The notes below the pieces were generated by a model. It did no database searches. It saw nothing but the letters and a program-made list of their open reading frames with translations, and was not told where the DNA came from. A stretch of DNA of 64,000 bases from the NCBI RefSeq assembly GCF_964355755.1, contig NC_092672.1, positions 35,718,437 through 35,782,436 on the forward strand, in the 5' to 3' direction. The position numbers and the translations under genes were made by a program. Shown here in pieces: positions 13,201-26,600 of this stretch; the first letter of the stretch is position 1, and every line of letters begins with the position of its first letter. Source of the DNA: Antedon mediterranea. Taxonomy: Eukaryota; Animalia; Echinodermata.

Positions 13201-16200
13201 GAGGAGGGGGAATGGTCTACAGGAGGAATTTACGATGGCACACGTGATTACGATGTCATGACGATTATATCACGATTTTTGGCGATGCACTTTTTTATAT
13301 ACCACCACGACGCACACGATATCACTACGAACATTGAGGAAATTCAGAATGATTCACAAACTAAGTTTGCTTTACCCGATCATAGGGTAAAGTAGTTTAG
13401 TGATTTAATCATATCATAATTAATAGCCCAATATTTTGTAATTAACAACGTCGTAATAATAACGATTTATTATTGAATAACTATATTGCCTTGACACTAA
13501 TAGTAATACTGACTAATAAATAGGAGCGCCCGATTTCATTGTTCCTTTGTGTCCAGCAACGTCTGTCAGTTGCGAAATCAATTGTCAATTAATACAATCA
13601 ATGGTTGAGAAATAATATAAAACATTACGAAATATACCACTATACACTGTCTAAACAGTACAGTAAAATTACACGTGTCTTGTACTAGCCTACCTAGCGC
13701 ACATGGCATAATTTAAAATTAAATAAGTTATGAATTTTCGTTTCAACACTCAACAGTGTACAAGGCCAAATTAAACGTAATGCATCGTAGTCGTACCGTT
13801 ATTTTATTTGTCAAAACCGTTATTTTATAATAACTATAATAATTAATATGGCCGGTTTCATAAATAAATCCGTGTTTTAAATTAACAGATTAAACATTAA
13901 ACAGTTATTCAGTGTATTATTGACAATGGCTTTCTTATCAAAATCATCACAGATAGGCCTAGTGACCAATTATCGCTGATGGTCATCTTCATTGATATCG
14001 GGGTCAATGGTCAGTTTTCAATTCAAAGCGGAAAAAATTCGAGCAATAAAATACAGTACTGCATATAATTAATATTAATAATAATAATATTAGTTCAGTA
14101 TTTATGATGAACACGCGTTTGTTTGGTATTTCGACGGTTGAGCTAATTTACAAGGTCAAGCATGAAAAGAAAGGGTTGACGTTTGACCATGGCTTGACCA
14201 TGTCCATCTGTTTAGACAAAGACCAGTAGTGATGTATAGTTATGCAATAAACGTCTTTAATCGAAACAAGTCAAAACAATGGTGGTTAAGAAAAATAAAT
14301 CATTTACTTAATCCTTGGGTAAAATATAGGAAATATTTACTTCCTTTACGATTCCGATTCCCGTCCTGAAAATGTATAGCTGCATGTCGTCATCATTAAT
14401 CTACCACACCAAAACGACATGATGAGTTATGTCATGCTTTAGCCTACTTTTTAATGTATTACTTACTTTTTATGATGATAAAATGTTCACGTTAAAAAAA
14501 TATTGTAGGCGGTTTTTATCGCCAAAAATTCCTAATCGAACATAAAGTCATAGATTACACGATTTTACATTGTCAATGTCGTCTGTGTTTGTTCTTAGAA
14601 TTAATGTGTTGAAAAGCATATATCCTCTGGTTTAACATTATGGTTTTTAACTTGTTATCCATAAATTATGGTTGTAAATGAAATCATTCGACTCAGAATC
14701 CATCAAGTGTTACGTTCTCGATTTTCCCATAATAAACAGCTGATCTGCTGCTCAGCTGATCATCGCAGCAGTAAGTCGATACGTGCGACGTAATTACGAC
14801 CGCAAATTAATTCAGAAATTTCAATGAAATTCAGACATAACTTATAAAACAAATCAAAATGATGTACAATTTTGAGAAGAAGAAATTTAACAATTAAGCT
14901 TACCTTTTTATTCTGTTAAGTCCACCCACTGTTTCCCCGCCAGAGTTTGCTCGACAACAGAATTTTATTTTTCTCTCTCCTCGGAGCTGCTTTGCAAAAA
15001 AAATCCACTGCGCATGACTGCCTGCGCAGCCAATCATAATGAATCTATTTTTAGAAAGGCTGTTCCCAAGTCTTTTTTTTGCTTTGCTTATTCTATTATA
15101 ATGGAATATCAAATCTTCTTCTTATTTACGCAATTAATTTGAGGTATGAGATGAGAAAAGGGAATATACTGTAATAATAGATATTGTTGTTTTAAGGCAT
15201 AATAAAAAAAAACGTTTCGAAACGCTTTACACTATATACAAAGTAAGCATTATCTATGGTAACAACAAAAAATGGTGTGATAATGAATGGCGGATTTAGA
15301 TGCAACTGCAGAAATCATTTTGACATCTTTTTCTCCAGCATTCACACCGGGACAGAATTCACAGCAGAGCTAGCCCGAGTGAAAGACGGACGTACATCTT
15401 TTTATACCTAACTCGTCGATCGTATTCCTGATTTTGCAAAAGTCGAATATATATAATTCTATTGGTCTCACATTCGAATGAATTAAACGTCACATCTATG
15501 AGTCATGTCGATCGACTACCCTGGATGTGCGTGTACGTACAGTTCAGTTTTATTTTACAGATTTTATGAGCGAGATCGCAAACGTACGTATACGGCATAC
15601 GAAATCAATACGAGGACATCCATACATTGAGTTGTTTTCTGAAATGACCACGCGTCTGCCCACCGCGGGGTTTCATATCTAATTTTATCATATCTAATTT
15701 TATAGGCCTATAATTATAATTTCATATCGAGTATCCAACGTGTATCTGCTGTCGTTTTTATTTTAGATTTTTAATTAATCTGGTTTGTTTTTAGACAAAA
15801 TTTAATATTGCGGGCTTTCCGTCAGTATTTTCCGGTCCCGGCCTTTTTTTTTTCAACACATACATCCAAATATCAAGCATGATTTTAACTCAGGACTGGG
15901 GTTGGTACCGTGCGTAACAAACTATTTAAATATTAATAAAATATCACATTAGAATTTTATCGGGCTATAATTCAATACGAAATAATGAGAGTTTTAGCAC
16001 AATTCCTAAGCGCGTTTAATTTCATTAAAATGTGAACAAAACTTTTATTCGGGGTCAAGTGTGTTGTTGCGCAAAACCAAATTCATTAGATTTTGCAGAG
16101 AAAGCCCATTTAAATTATTCCAACTGAACAAAAGCGGTTAAAACTCGTGACTCCAATGAATCGTGTGTGGTTGGAATGGAATTATTGTTTAGACACGATG

Positions 16201-18497
16201 AAATGAAAGTAGCCTATAGCGGACAATTGTTGTTTACTGGAGGGCTTCCCCAAGACGCGGTGATTCCCTGGCGCTGGTGGTGTTAAGTAACAACCTCGTG
16301 ACTTTAAAAAGGACCCTGGGTTTTTTAATAAAAGGTAAATTTAAAATGAATTCAAAGTTTCTTCTTAACGTTTGTCTGTGTTCGTAAATGAAGATTGATA
16401 TTCCGAACAGTGTTGTTTTTATGTTGTAATTAAAACTAAAAGTTAAAGTATTTTAACTGTTTTTATCGAAAAATGTAAATATAATATTATATATTAAATT
16501 TAATATAAAAAAACTGAATATATCACCGATCGATCAGCTATCAATATATCACAATCTAATAAACGTATAAAAACGAAATAAATTGTGGTCGAGTTAAAAT
16601 CGAACGATCCAGGCCCCATGATGTCTTCATAGGTCAATGAAACCCAGTTGGGTATAACAGGACAATGCTTTTTGCTGGTTTTTCGTTTGATTTTGTCATT
16701 TTTTGTCGAAAACCGTAGGCCTAATTTTGTTTAGCCTCTTCATTCACTTAAATTCCATTTAATTCATTTTCTTTGTTTTATAACATTATCGTCATATACC
16801 AGTAAATGAATCATGAAGAGCGAGAGAAATTATTATATATATTACGTAATAGAAAATGGTTATAATGCCATGCACATATGCTAATAATTCATAATTATAA
16901 TAGGCCTACAAGCACCATCACGGCATATATTGCATCATCACGGTCATTACCCGTGTAACCTTTTAGGTGTTTATAAATTATTTATTGTTTATATTGGCGA
17001 TTTATAATTAAAATATTAATAAACATTTGGACTAAATTAGTATATTATTATTTTTCACTTCAATATTGTTATTAAATAAAAATATCGAAGTGAAAAATAG
17101 TAATGTCGTTTTTTTTATATATATTTGTTGTAATGACGTAGGCCTATATGGTGATAAATATAATTATACCGTACGACACCCGTCGTCAACGTAACAAATG
17201 CACTTTTAAAGAAATTCGGTAAAAATCGACCAAACTACTTTATTGCGTAACAAGTTTACTTACTTGTTTACTTGTTTCCGGAGCTCAGCAATGCTGGGTC
17301 CGGAGTCGAGGCTAGGCTATGCCTATAAGCCCCTCTTGATAATTACCTTGTCTGTTATCGCCGTTCGTAACGCGTTATGTTAACGTCGTTTCCTTTACTA
17401 GAAACACCTTTAGCTCTGTCTACACTATCAAACTGTATGTGACAAAAAAAAATGTGATGTGCCCATTTATGGATATGATGATGTCATATCACTACCATAT
17501 TTGGACAAGTGTGCTGTCAAGTACTAGTTTGATAGTGTGGACAGAGCTTTATACTCTTAAAAATAATGATTATTATATGAAATTTCATGATGAAAACTAC
17601 CGATATATAAAACGACAATGACCTTTATGAATCCAATCATTCGCTGATTCTTATCAAAATTAACCTGATTTTTCACTTTACCGGATTTGTAACTTGGCAC
17701 GCTATCTAGGGTCGTCACGCGAAGGCGTTTAGAGGGTGTGTACATTGTACCTGTATACTGAAGATAATTACTTACATGTTAACCTCTTCGTTTATTATGT
17801 GTTTCGTTATGATAACATTATGTGTTTATTACTTTCAATCGTTTTTATTGCCTATTACAGTACTGATGCTTCAACAACAATCACAATTCGTAACCATAAT
17901 TGAACAAAAGCGAATTGCTTCGGCAGTGATCAACGACAGAATTGATTTGATGATGAAATAATAATATCAATACAATACAAGATACAAGATAACTTTATTG
18001 TCAAATCGTTCTATTGATAATAGGGAAGGATGATATTACAATAGGGAATATTAGATTTTCAATTAAGTTGACTACGTCGACTGCTACCCTATTACTGTTA
18101 TGTTATGCGCATGCGCTAGACGACTGGCACGTCGACTGGCATTTTGGCGTTCGCTCTCTGGCATCAGTACCAGCGGACATAACAATAATAATAGTTACGG
18201 AAGATGATGGTGATACGGTTCAGGTCTTCCATTTTATAATCATTATACATTTTTATTAAAATAACCCTTAACACTTTGAGAAAAAAAAATCACGTTTCAA
18301 TCTTTCACGTAAATACAAAGCCATTTTGTTTATAAACTTCGAAAGTTTTCAGTGGTTTAACACAAAACTATAAACTAATTCGGCAAATTCTAGCAGAAAC
18401 GAGTTCGTAATCTACAATAGAAAACTTCAAAAACAATTCGGCAAAGTTTGCTATGTGTAGTTTCATCTCTCATAAAATCAGCATATTATACCTAACC

Positions 18498-18590
18498 CGA
18501 GGGGTGGGGGCGATGGTGTCTCTGGTCCACGAGGGGTAGGGGCGATGGTGTCTCTGGTCCACGAGGGGTGGGGGCGATGGTCTCTGGTAC
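18498..18590. repeat. 32-bp tandem repeat, ~3 copies
   Basis: ACGAGGGGTGGGGGCGATGGTGTCTCTGGTCC repeated. Confidence 0.85.
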
Positions 18591-19861
18591 ACAGTAGTGC
18601 TTATGTGAAATCAAATTAATTACTTTTCGTGCGGAAGTTTTCTGATGAAAAACATGATGAAATAAAGTGCATTTCCTTATAATAATTATAGAAATATAGT
18701 ATATCCGTGTTTGCGCCTCTTAATTCTGTGTGAAATGCCATCCAATGGGACCCCCAGTCTTCCGATAATGGGCTCTCCCTCTGCCAAATGTTGACGTTTT
18801 CTTCTGACTAAGTTCCTTTAACAAAACAACAAGGAAACAACAATACATCCTCTTGCATTTAACTAAACACACATTAGGAAATAACAATGCAATATACTTT
18901 TTAAATGCATTAAAATATGTGTTTCAACCGCATTAAAAAACGTGTTTCAACCGTATTAGTATCCGAGGTATGCTTTCAATTAAATTGTCATAATAATCAA
19001 AATTGTTGTATAAATCGTGTGAACAATTCGTATCCGAAGAAAATATGCTCATTTGTCAAACGGGTAGTTCGGCATTCTATGTCAATAGACAGCAGCTATT
19101 TGATTGGTCAATATAGTTTTTACGAATATATGAACGGACGGGCGTTCATTTCAATATTTATTATAGGCTTTAATGTAGCAAAGAAAAAAAATGCAGCAGT
19201 AGTTTTGTATTGAAAAAATAATAATTAATATAGGTAATTGTGGAGGATATCAAAAGTGGGTTAGTCCATAAAAGAGAAAACAGAATTGTTGTTATAAAGA
19301 CGTTTGGGCCTACCTCTCCTTACCTATAGCTAAGAAAGGAAGACGTCACAAATACATAAACATAGGCCATACTACTATTATAAAGCTCTGCCTACACTCT
19401 CAAACTAGTTCGACAAAAAAAAGTGTGATGTGCCCACATAATATTTCTTGTCACATAAAGTTTGATAGTGTAGACAGAGCTTAATAGAAACAATGTTATA
19501 ACTTTGGGTTAAACTTGACCTATATATCGATATAACAGCAAATTCAGCAAACAAACTTCGGATATCGAAGCGATATGTTAATTGTAATAGCATACTAATT
19601 AGGTTTCAACTACAGTAGTTAGTTTCCTATTGTGTAACAAGCAATATGTCCAGATAACTGTAATAACAATTAAAATGACTGATACCGTTTTACTACTCGC
19701 TAGGGCTGTCTGTATTCGTTATAATAACTTTTGTTTGGAACATGAATGCGACAAAAACCAATCAGTAGTCTTATCTCGGCATATTAATATTTGATTAATT
19801 ACCGAATTGTTTTGTTGTTACGACTAAAAGTAGGCCGCTTTATTTATCGTGAATGCATAAT

Positions 19862-20043
19862 TTGCGCGTTTAAATTCTGATATTTGGTACGCACGCGTTC
19901 AAATTCTGATATTTGGTAGGCGCGCGTTCAAATTCTGATATTTCGTACACGCGCGTTCAAATTCTTATATTTCGTACGCGCGCGTTCAAATTCTGATATT
20001 TCGTACGCGCGCGTTCACATTCTGATATTTCGTACGCGCGCGT
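19862..20043. repeat. 29-bp tandem repeat, ~6 copies
   Basis: GCGCGCGTTCAAATTCTGATATTTCGTAC repeated. Confidence 0.9.
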
Positions 20044-21045
20044 CACAGGTTCGACTCACGAATGCAATTGCTTGATGGTCATTTCGTAGTGTGCCAATCT
20101 CAAGGGTTCAAATACTGGTGGTAATCGTGTATTTCACTATTGAATGTTGTATGCTCTGTGTATAAAAATGTTCCACTGTATAGTAACGTTTGAATACATT
20201 CAAGTTTAATTCTTATTACTCAAATAATCACTTGCTTTTCTAACCTAGTACAAATAACATTCATAAAGCATCCAGACAAATCATCCCTAGATACATATGA
20301 GGTCTTTCGTATCATGACATCACAGTCTGTCTAGGCTGCTCTGCTTGTCTGGCTAAAATGAATTCACACCTTAAGTTTCCTGTTCTTGTAACCTATGCTT
20401 ACACGTTGGCATTCCCTTGGATCTCGGCGAACAGGTGTGGGGGCGTGTGGGGTCAGTCTCTAACGTCAGGTGAACAACTATTAGTATTACAATGCAATAT
20501 ATAACATTATTCGACCTTGTTTTTTATGTTTTATGTTCAACAAAGTCTGTTCGAGCTCGCTGCTCAGTAGATGATTGAGGACTTCCTTTCCTCTTTTTTT
20601 ATCGTCTGACATTATATTAGAATAGAAGTCAGTATGATTCAATATTGATTAATTAATTTTAATTAATGTTCATTAATCAATTTATGTTGTGTGTGACCAC
20701 AAGCAGTATTCTGGTTTCCCTCGTCTGATGTTAAATCCTTTCAAATCCTCAAAAACTTTAAAAGATAAATTGTCTTTAATTTACTTCATTGATCGTTTCT
20801 TTGTTATAAGATAATTAAAAAAGTGCAAAGTTCGTGTTGGCTTCAAAATAACTCATCGGTATATCCGAACTGGATGCCTGATGTAATTCAACTTGCGCGC
20901 TCCACTTACTCCATTAAACTACTTCATTCTTTGTTTTATGAATTATTTCTTCAATTGTTTCACGGTAGACATAATTTTAGGGCTAATTAATTATACTAAA
21001 TCTACTATTGTATAAGGAAGAAGTTTGTTCATGGAGAAGTTTGTT

Positions 21046-21068
21046 CATGGAGAACTTAGTTCTCCATG
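21046..21068. mobile_element. Micro-palindrome with 7-bp TSD (putative P-element excision footprint)
   Basis: GTTTGTT|CATGGAGAACTTAGTTCTCCATG|GTTTGTT. Confidence 0.6.
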
Positions 21069-22989
21069 GTTTGTTATACTTCATAGATCATGCGAGAAAA
21101 ATAAATCGACCCACCCTTGACTCATTAGGTTGATGAGGTGGTACTTGGCAATTACGTGTCTTTTAAAGTAGTACGCACTTTAGGTTTAAAAAGCTTACCC
21201 CTTACAGTGTTATTATATGGGGGGGGGGGGGGGTAGATACAATAAATATATGGAAAATACTACATTTCATCAGTGTGTTATGGTAGCCATAAACATACAC
21301 TGCAGTATAAAATATTTTAAGTTACTTTTTACAGTTTTCTTCTTGTTTAATACATTCTTTCTGGAAATTCTTTTCTTTCTGTGATTTTTCTCCTTTAATG
21401 TGGTGAAAAATATTAACTTTCTGTGTTTGTGGCCCAAATTTGGATCTGTATAAGTCTGTGTAAATATTGCATTTGTTGATAAATTGTATCGAGGCTGATA
21501 GCATTTATTAAAGCTTAATAAATCCAGGTGGCGGTGGTGCCCTTCTTGGGGAACACCTGTATTTAGATACAATGAGTACATGAAAAATATTTCCGTGTGT
21601 TAAATGGTAGCCAGCAATTCTAAATGATATAATTACATAACTTGTGACTAATTTCATTAATCCATTAAATAATTACTTAATTGATGAAGAAATTTATGGA
21701 GCATTCACCTCTTTCCCCTTAATTAGATATTAAGCCTAAACAATATGTATCACAATGAAACCAAATCAAATAACAATATCTCTTTGTTACAAAATATGCA
21801 ATGAAATACATTATGACAAATGTTTCTACTGAGCATGTGCAGAGCAGCTGGTGTTTTGTTCCGTCCATCTGGTTCGTTGAACCTGTAGAAGGCGTCAAGC
21901 GTGTCAACCGAAGATAATGTATCACGATAAAAATATGAAAAACAAAGAATTGATGGCAACTGTATGATAACCAGCAGTAAACAGGACAGGGTATGATTAC
22001 AACATACGTGTTTATTGACACATAACACAAAGACTGTTGAACGGTACAAACCCCTCCTATTTTGGACAATCAACTTCTATTAGTATTAATGGGACATTTA
22101 TTATGTTTTAAAACTACGCCCTATTAATTAAGGTCTGTCTACACTACCAAACAAGTTTGACAAAAATGTGCGATGTACCCAAATATGGTAGTGATGCCCA
22201 AATATGGTAGTGATATGACATCATCATGTCCATTATTATAGGCAAAAGTTTGATAGTGTAGACAGAGCTTTATGGGAACACTTTGTTGGGTCCTAAAACT
22301 GTCTCTTTAATATGCAAATAGAGGCGTTGACATATACCATTATTTTCTGTATTTTGTGTTCTCTCTGTAACCTATGCACTTCAGTTATATAAAATGTATT
22401 AAGTTACTTTTTACAATGTTCTTTTGTTTAACAAATTCTTTCTGGAGGATAGTGAAATTAAGTTAGAACTCCTTTAATGTGGTAAAAAAATATTTTCTAT
22501 GTTTGTGAACAACCATTGTAAAATGTGGATCTGCTTATTATCTTTTAACCAGTCCATTTGAATGCAACTTCTTTACAACTACAGTTTTATACAAACGGCT
22601 GTTTTGAATTTAATTACTGTTAGCAAATTTTTATTTTCATAAAGACGCAAAGTGCACATTAAATTGCAATATGTGACTGATAATATTACTCACATGTTAA
22701 TTATTAATGTATTTTATCAGTACATAAAAAAATGGGTCAAAATTTATCGAGTTTCGGTCAATGTTCCATTGGCGCTATCAGTATACGATAAGGTGAAAAA
22801 GGAACTGGGGACAATAATCAGCCTGAAACGTGAACATGTTGTACACATGGGCAGCAGGAGACATACAACATGTTTGCTACTTATCCTGTCTATAATTTAT
22901 TTAACTCATGAATTAAATTCACGTAAATGTTCTTACTTACATTACATGATTTACATGAAAACATTATTGTGAAGCTTATAATGTTGTAC

Positions 22990-23200
22990 CGTGCAGCCGA
23001 TTCTCGGTACTGTATCTATTTCCATAGATATCATAGGAATATTTGGTAATACATCACGTTTCACATGTATCTCGTAGTAACCTACCCTTACATGATACAG
23101 GCAACACATGTGATATAAACGCGATGCTGTATTACCAAATATTCCTATGATACTTTGGAAATAGATAGTATGTGGAGATACAGCACTGGGAATTGGGTGT
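22990..23200. mobile_element. Hairpin-forming MITE remnant
   Basis: TATCTATTTCCATAGATATCATAGGAATATTTGGTAATACA is inverted at ~23127-23168; a related degenerate copy lies at ~24920-25080. Confidence 0.55.
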
Positions 23201-23694
23201 ACCTTCTGTAAAAATTTTTTAGTTTGATCCCAAAATGAAAACTTTTACTGAAACTGTATTTCTATACTTTACATACAAAAGTTTTTTTTCATCAGTATAG
23301 ATTACTGCAGTAATTGTATCAATATACTGCTGTAATCTGAGTTCCATTTTCCACATCATTTCCTTCCTTCTGTCCTTCCTTCCTTAGGGAATGATTACAA
23401 ATGTTTTTTTTAAACTTGATTACCATACTTCACATAATAAAAGCATTTTTTAAACATCTGCATAGATTACTGCAGTAATTTTTCATAGTTTCATATTTGA
23501 AGTTAAAGAATGATTATGAAGTTTATGTAGCTAAGCTCAATTTGCAAAATATTTACATGTTATAAATTACTGCAGTAATCACTTAAGTTACTGCAGTAAA
23601 CACTTAAGTTACTGTTACTGCTGTAGTTCCACCTGATAAATTAGTTGTATTTTTTCTGTAGAGAACTTCTTGTAAGTTCTTTTGGTTACCTTGC

Positions 23695-26600
23695 TTAATC
23701 ATCATCCATGTCTTCCTCTTCCTCCTCCTCATCATTTTCTTCTCCCTTTTCTTCTTCTTCCTCTTCTTCTTTTTCCTCATTTTCAGACTCTGATTTTACA
23801 CTTTCTTCATCCTCGGACTTCTTTGACTAAAAATAAAGAATTTAAAATTGCTTTATGTCACATCAGTCAATTCTACTGTTTTTTAATTTCTGTTTAAAAT
23901 TATACTGTCAAAAACAAGTTATGCAAATGTTGGCATTGGCATTCTAAATGGATATTTAAAACAAGCATTTTAAGCACTGTCTAAACTATCATACTAGTTT
24001 GAAAAAAAAGTGTGATGTGCCCAAATATGGTAGTGATATGCCCAAATATGGTAGTGATATGCCCAAATATGGTAGTGATATACCCAAATATGGTAGTGAT
24101 ATGACATCATCATGTCCATATATGGGCACATCACATTTTGTTGTCACATTAAGTTTGATAGTGTAGACAGAGCTTTAGATAATATAAGTAAACAACAAGT
24201 GACTTGAATGTTATTGAGGTTGTAAAAGGGGTATTTTAAAGCATTTTAAACATAAACATACCCTTTGATCATTTTGTTATGGTCTCATTTATGTCATTGT
24301 CTACAGTCTTGTTTTGACAAAGGTATGAAGAGCTGATTGATTGATTTGATTTATGAAGCCGAGAGTGTCACCAATGTGTAATGACCACTTGTAGTATTCT
24401 CATAATTTTTAATCATCATATTTTAGCAGCTGTGCAGTATGGTGGTGCTATGTTATTGTTAATGTTAATGATTCATATTGAGTAGTATTTATATTTCAGT
24501 AATATGATATTGATAGCAACATATTTGTTGAGAAAAATCTATTTTAACAAAACTGATTTCACTACAGCCAATTCTTAGTACTACTGTATTTATGTGAAGG
24601 CGTGTGGCGCAGTGTGTTGGATGTTGGATTACTGATCGTGAGATCATAGTTTGAATCCAACTCTGGCCGCATTGCTTGTATCCTTAGGCAAGATACTTTA
24701 CTTACATTTGCTTCTCTCCACCCAGGTGTATAAATGGGTACCCGGTTAGATCAAAGACACAACTTTGCGCCGATTACTAGCTGCATTATAGCAGTATGTT
24801 TCTATACGTGTTTGATCCAAAGAATGACTGGGGTAACTAATAATGCGCAGCGCATTGAGAGCTTGCTTAATTATGCGCTATATCAGAATGAACTATTATT
24901 ATTATTATTTACAATTTGTCCAGTACAATCGACAAGTTCTGTATCATAATACAGCATCACATAATACATCATACCTTACCTAGCCTAAGTTTCACTTCTG
25001 TGACACATATATGATGCTGTATCATGACATTTACTATGATACTGGAAAAATTAATGTCATATTGTAGATAGTACCAAGGTGTGGTTGATGAAATGTTTAT
25101 TGAGTCCTTTAAAAATATTAGTTATCCATACATTGTAAGAAAATATTGACAGCATTACAGAATTGAGTACCTAATGCTTTAAGTCAGCGCTTAACCTTAT
25201 TATCAATAATACACTAGCTGGTGTATTTCAACTCAAGGTATTGTGTATAAAAAGTAATGATAAAATGACCATTCATTATATCATTGCAAAAAAATAAACC
25301 TCTAAAAAATGATTACCTATAGTGAAGTAATACTGTACTTAGGTCAAGGCCTGAGTGTGGCTATTTTTAGCTCTTATATATTTGTTTACAGTTTTATAAA
25401 CATACATCTGATGATCATTCAATGCTGACATAACAACCCTACTCGCAATAGTGCAATATTTATATTTTAGGAATTTTGGAGATTTTCTTAGTTTTCTTGG
25501 TAATTAATAATAATAAAGATAATTTTATTGTCACTTTATAGGAAGTAAAATTGTTTTTTCCTGATGCTAAAACAAGTAATGCAAATCCAACTTATTATGT
25601 TACTATGATGAATTAGAATTATATAATGTAGAAATCATAAAGAATGAAACAAGGAAAATGATGATGAAATAAAAGTGGGAACCCACAAAAGACAAAAAAG
25701 GCAATACAAAATGTATTGTATACATACATGGGTTAAAACGAAAAATAGATCAAAATATTGTAAAATAAAGAGTTCAATCGTATTAGTGAATTTATTGATA
25801 AGTTAGCATAACATACACTGAGTGAATAAGTAGGATTTTTATGGGAGATGTCTCCTGAAAATGTGCAATAATAAAGATATAAATGTTAAATCTCTGTTTA
25901 CACTATCAAACTATTTTGACAAAAAAGTGTCATGTGACTTGTCTAAATAGTTTGATAATGTAGAAGAGCTTTAGATAGAATTTATATATTTTTTACACAT
26001 TTTCAGGAGACATCTCCTACTATTAAAATCCTACTTATTCACTCAGTGAAAAATCACATGTTTTGTCACATAATGTTGATAGTGTAGACAGAGCTTTACT
26101 AAGCCTGTCCTATCTAAAAACAGTGAAAACCTAACATGTATTTTGTTGAATGCATTTTTGTTTTTTTGTTATCTATCAGTGACTGATGGAAGAGGGTGAT
26201 TTATATTCAATAAATTAAAATAAATGATAAGGATGACACAGTTTCTTCTTGGAAACCAATTTTACTGGTTCATTGACATCTTCGCTAAATAAGATAAATG
26301 TTTATGATGTCATATCATACAGTATTAATATATTGTTTGTTCTATAGTAGTTTTATTATTTTGCAACACACAATTTTAAAGTTCATCCGGTTTTATTAAG
26401 TGAGACTGCTATGAGTGTTTTCAACAACCAGCTTCATTCCAAAATAAAATAAAAAATAGAAACCAGAAACAAAATTATGAACAGATTCTGTGTGGTAGAA
26501 ATTTCCTGTAAAAGAAGGGAGGGAGGCCTTTTGGCTCTGGAAATTCATTTGAACCCAATACAATTACAAGTTATAGCTTTATTCTGAACTGTAAAAGGAC

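Noticed and set aside
15826-15845. miR-92-like 3' end (GTCCCGGCCT)
   Set aside because: The seed ATTGCAC is absent.
17276-17320. GC hairpin followed by CTAG (Helitron 3' end?)
   Set aside because: CTAG is not followed by T and no 5' end or second copy was found.
24598-24670. tRNA genes at the SINE heads (also 30521, 36600, 41600)
   Set aside because: Degenerate cloverleaves that continue into SINE body sequence.
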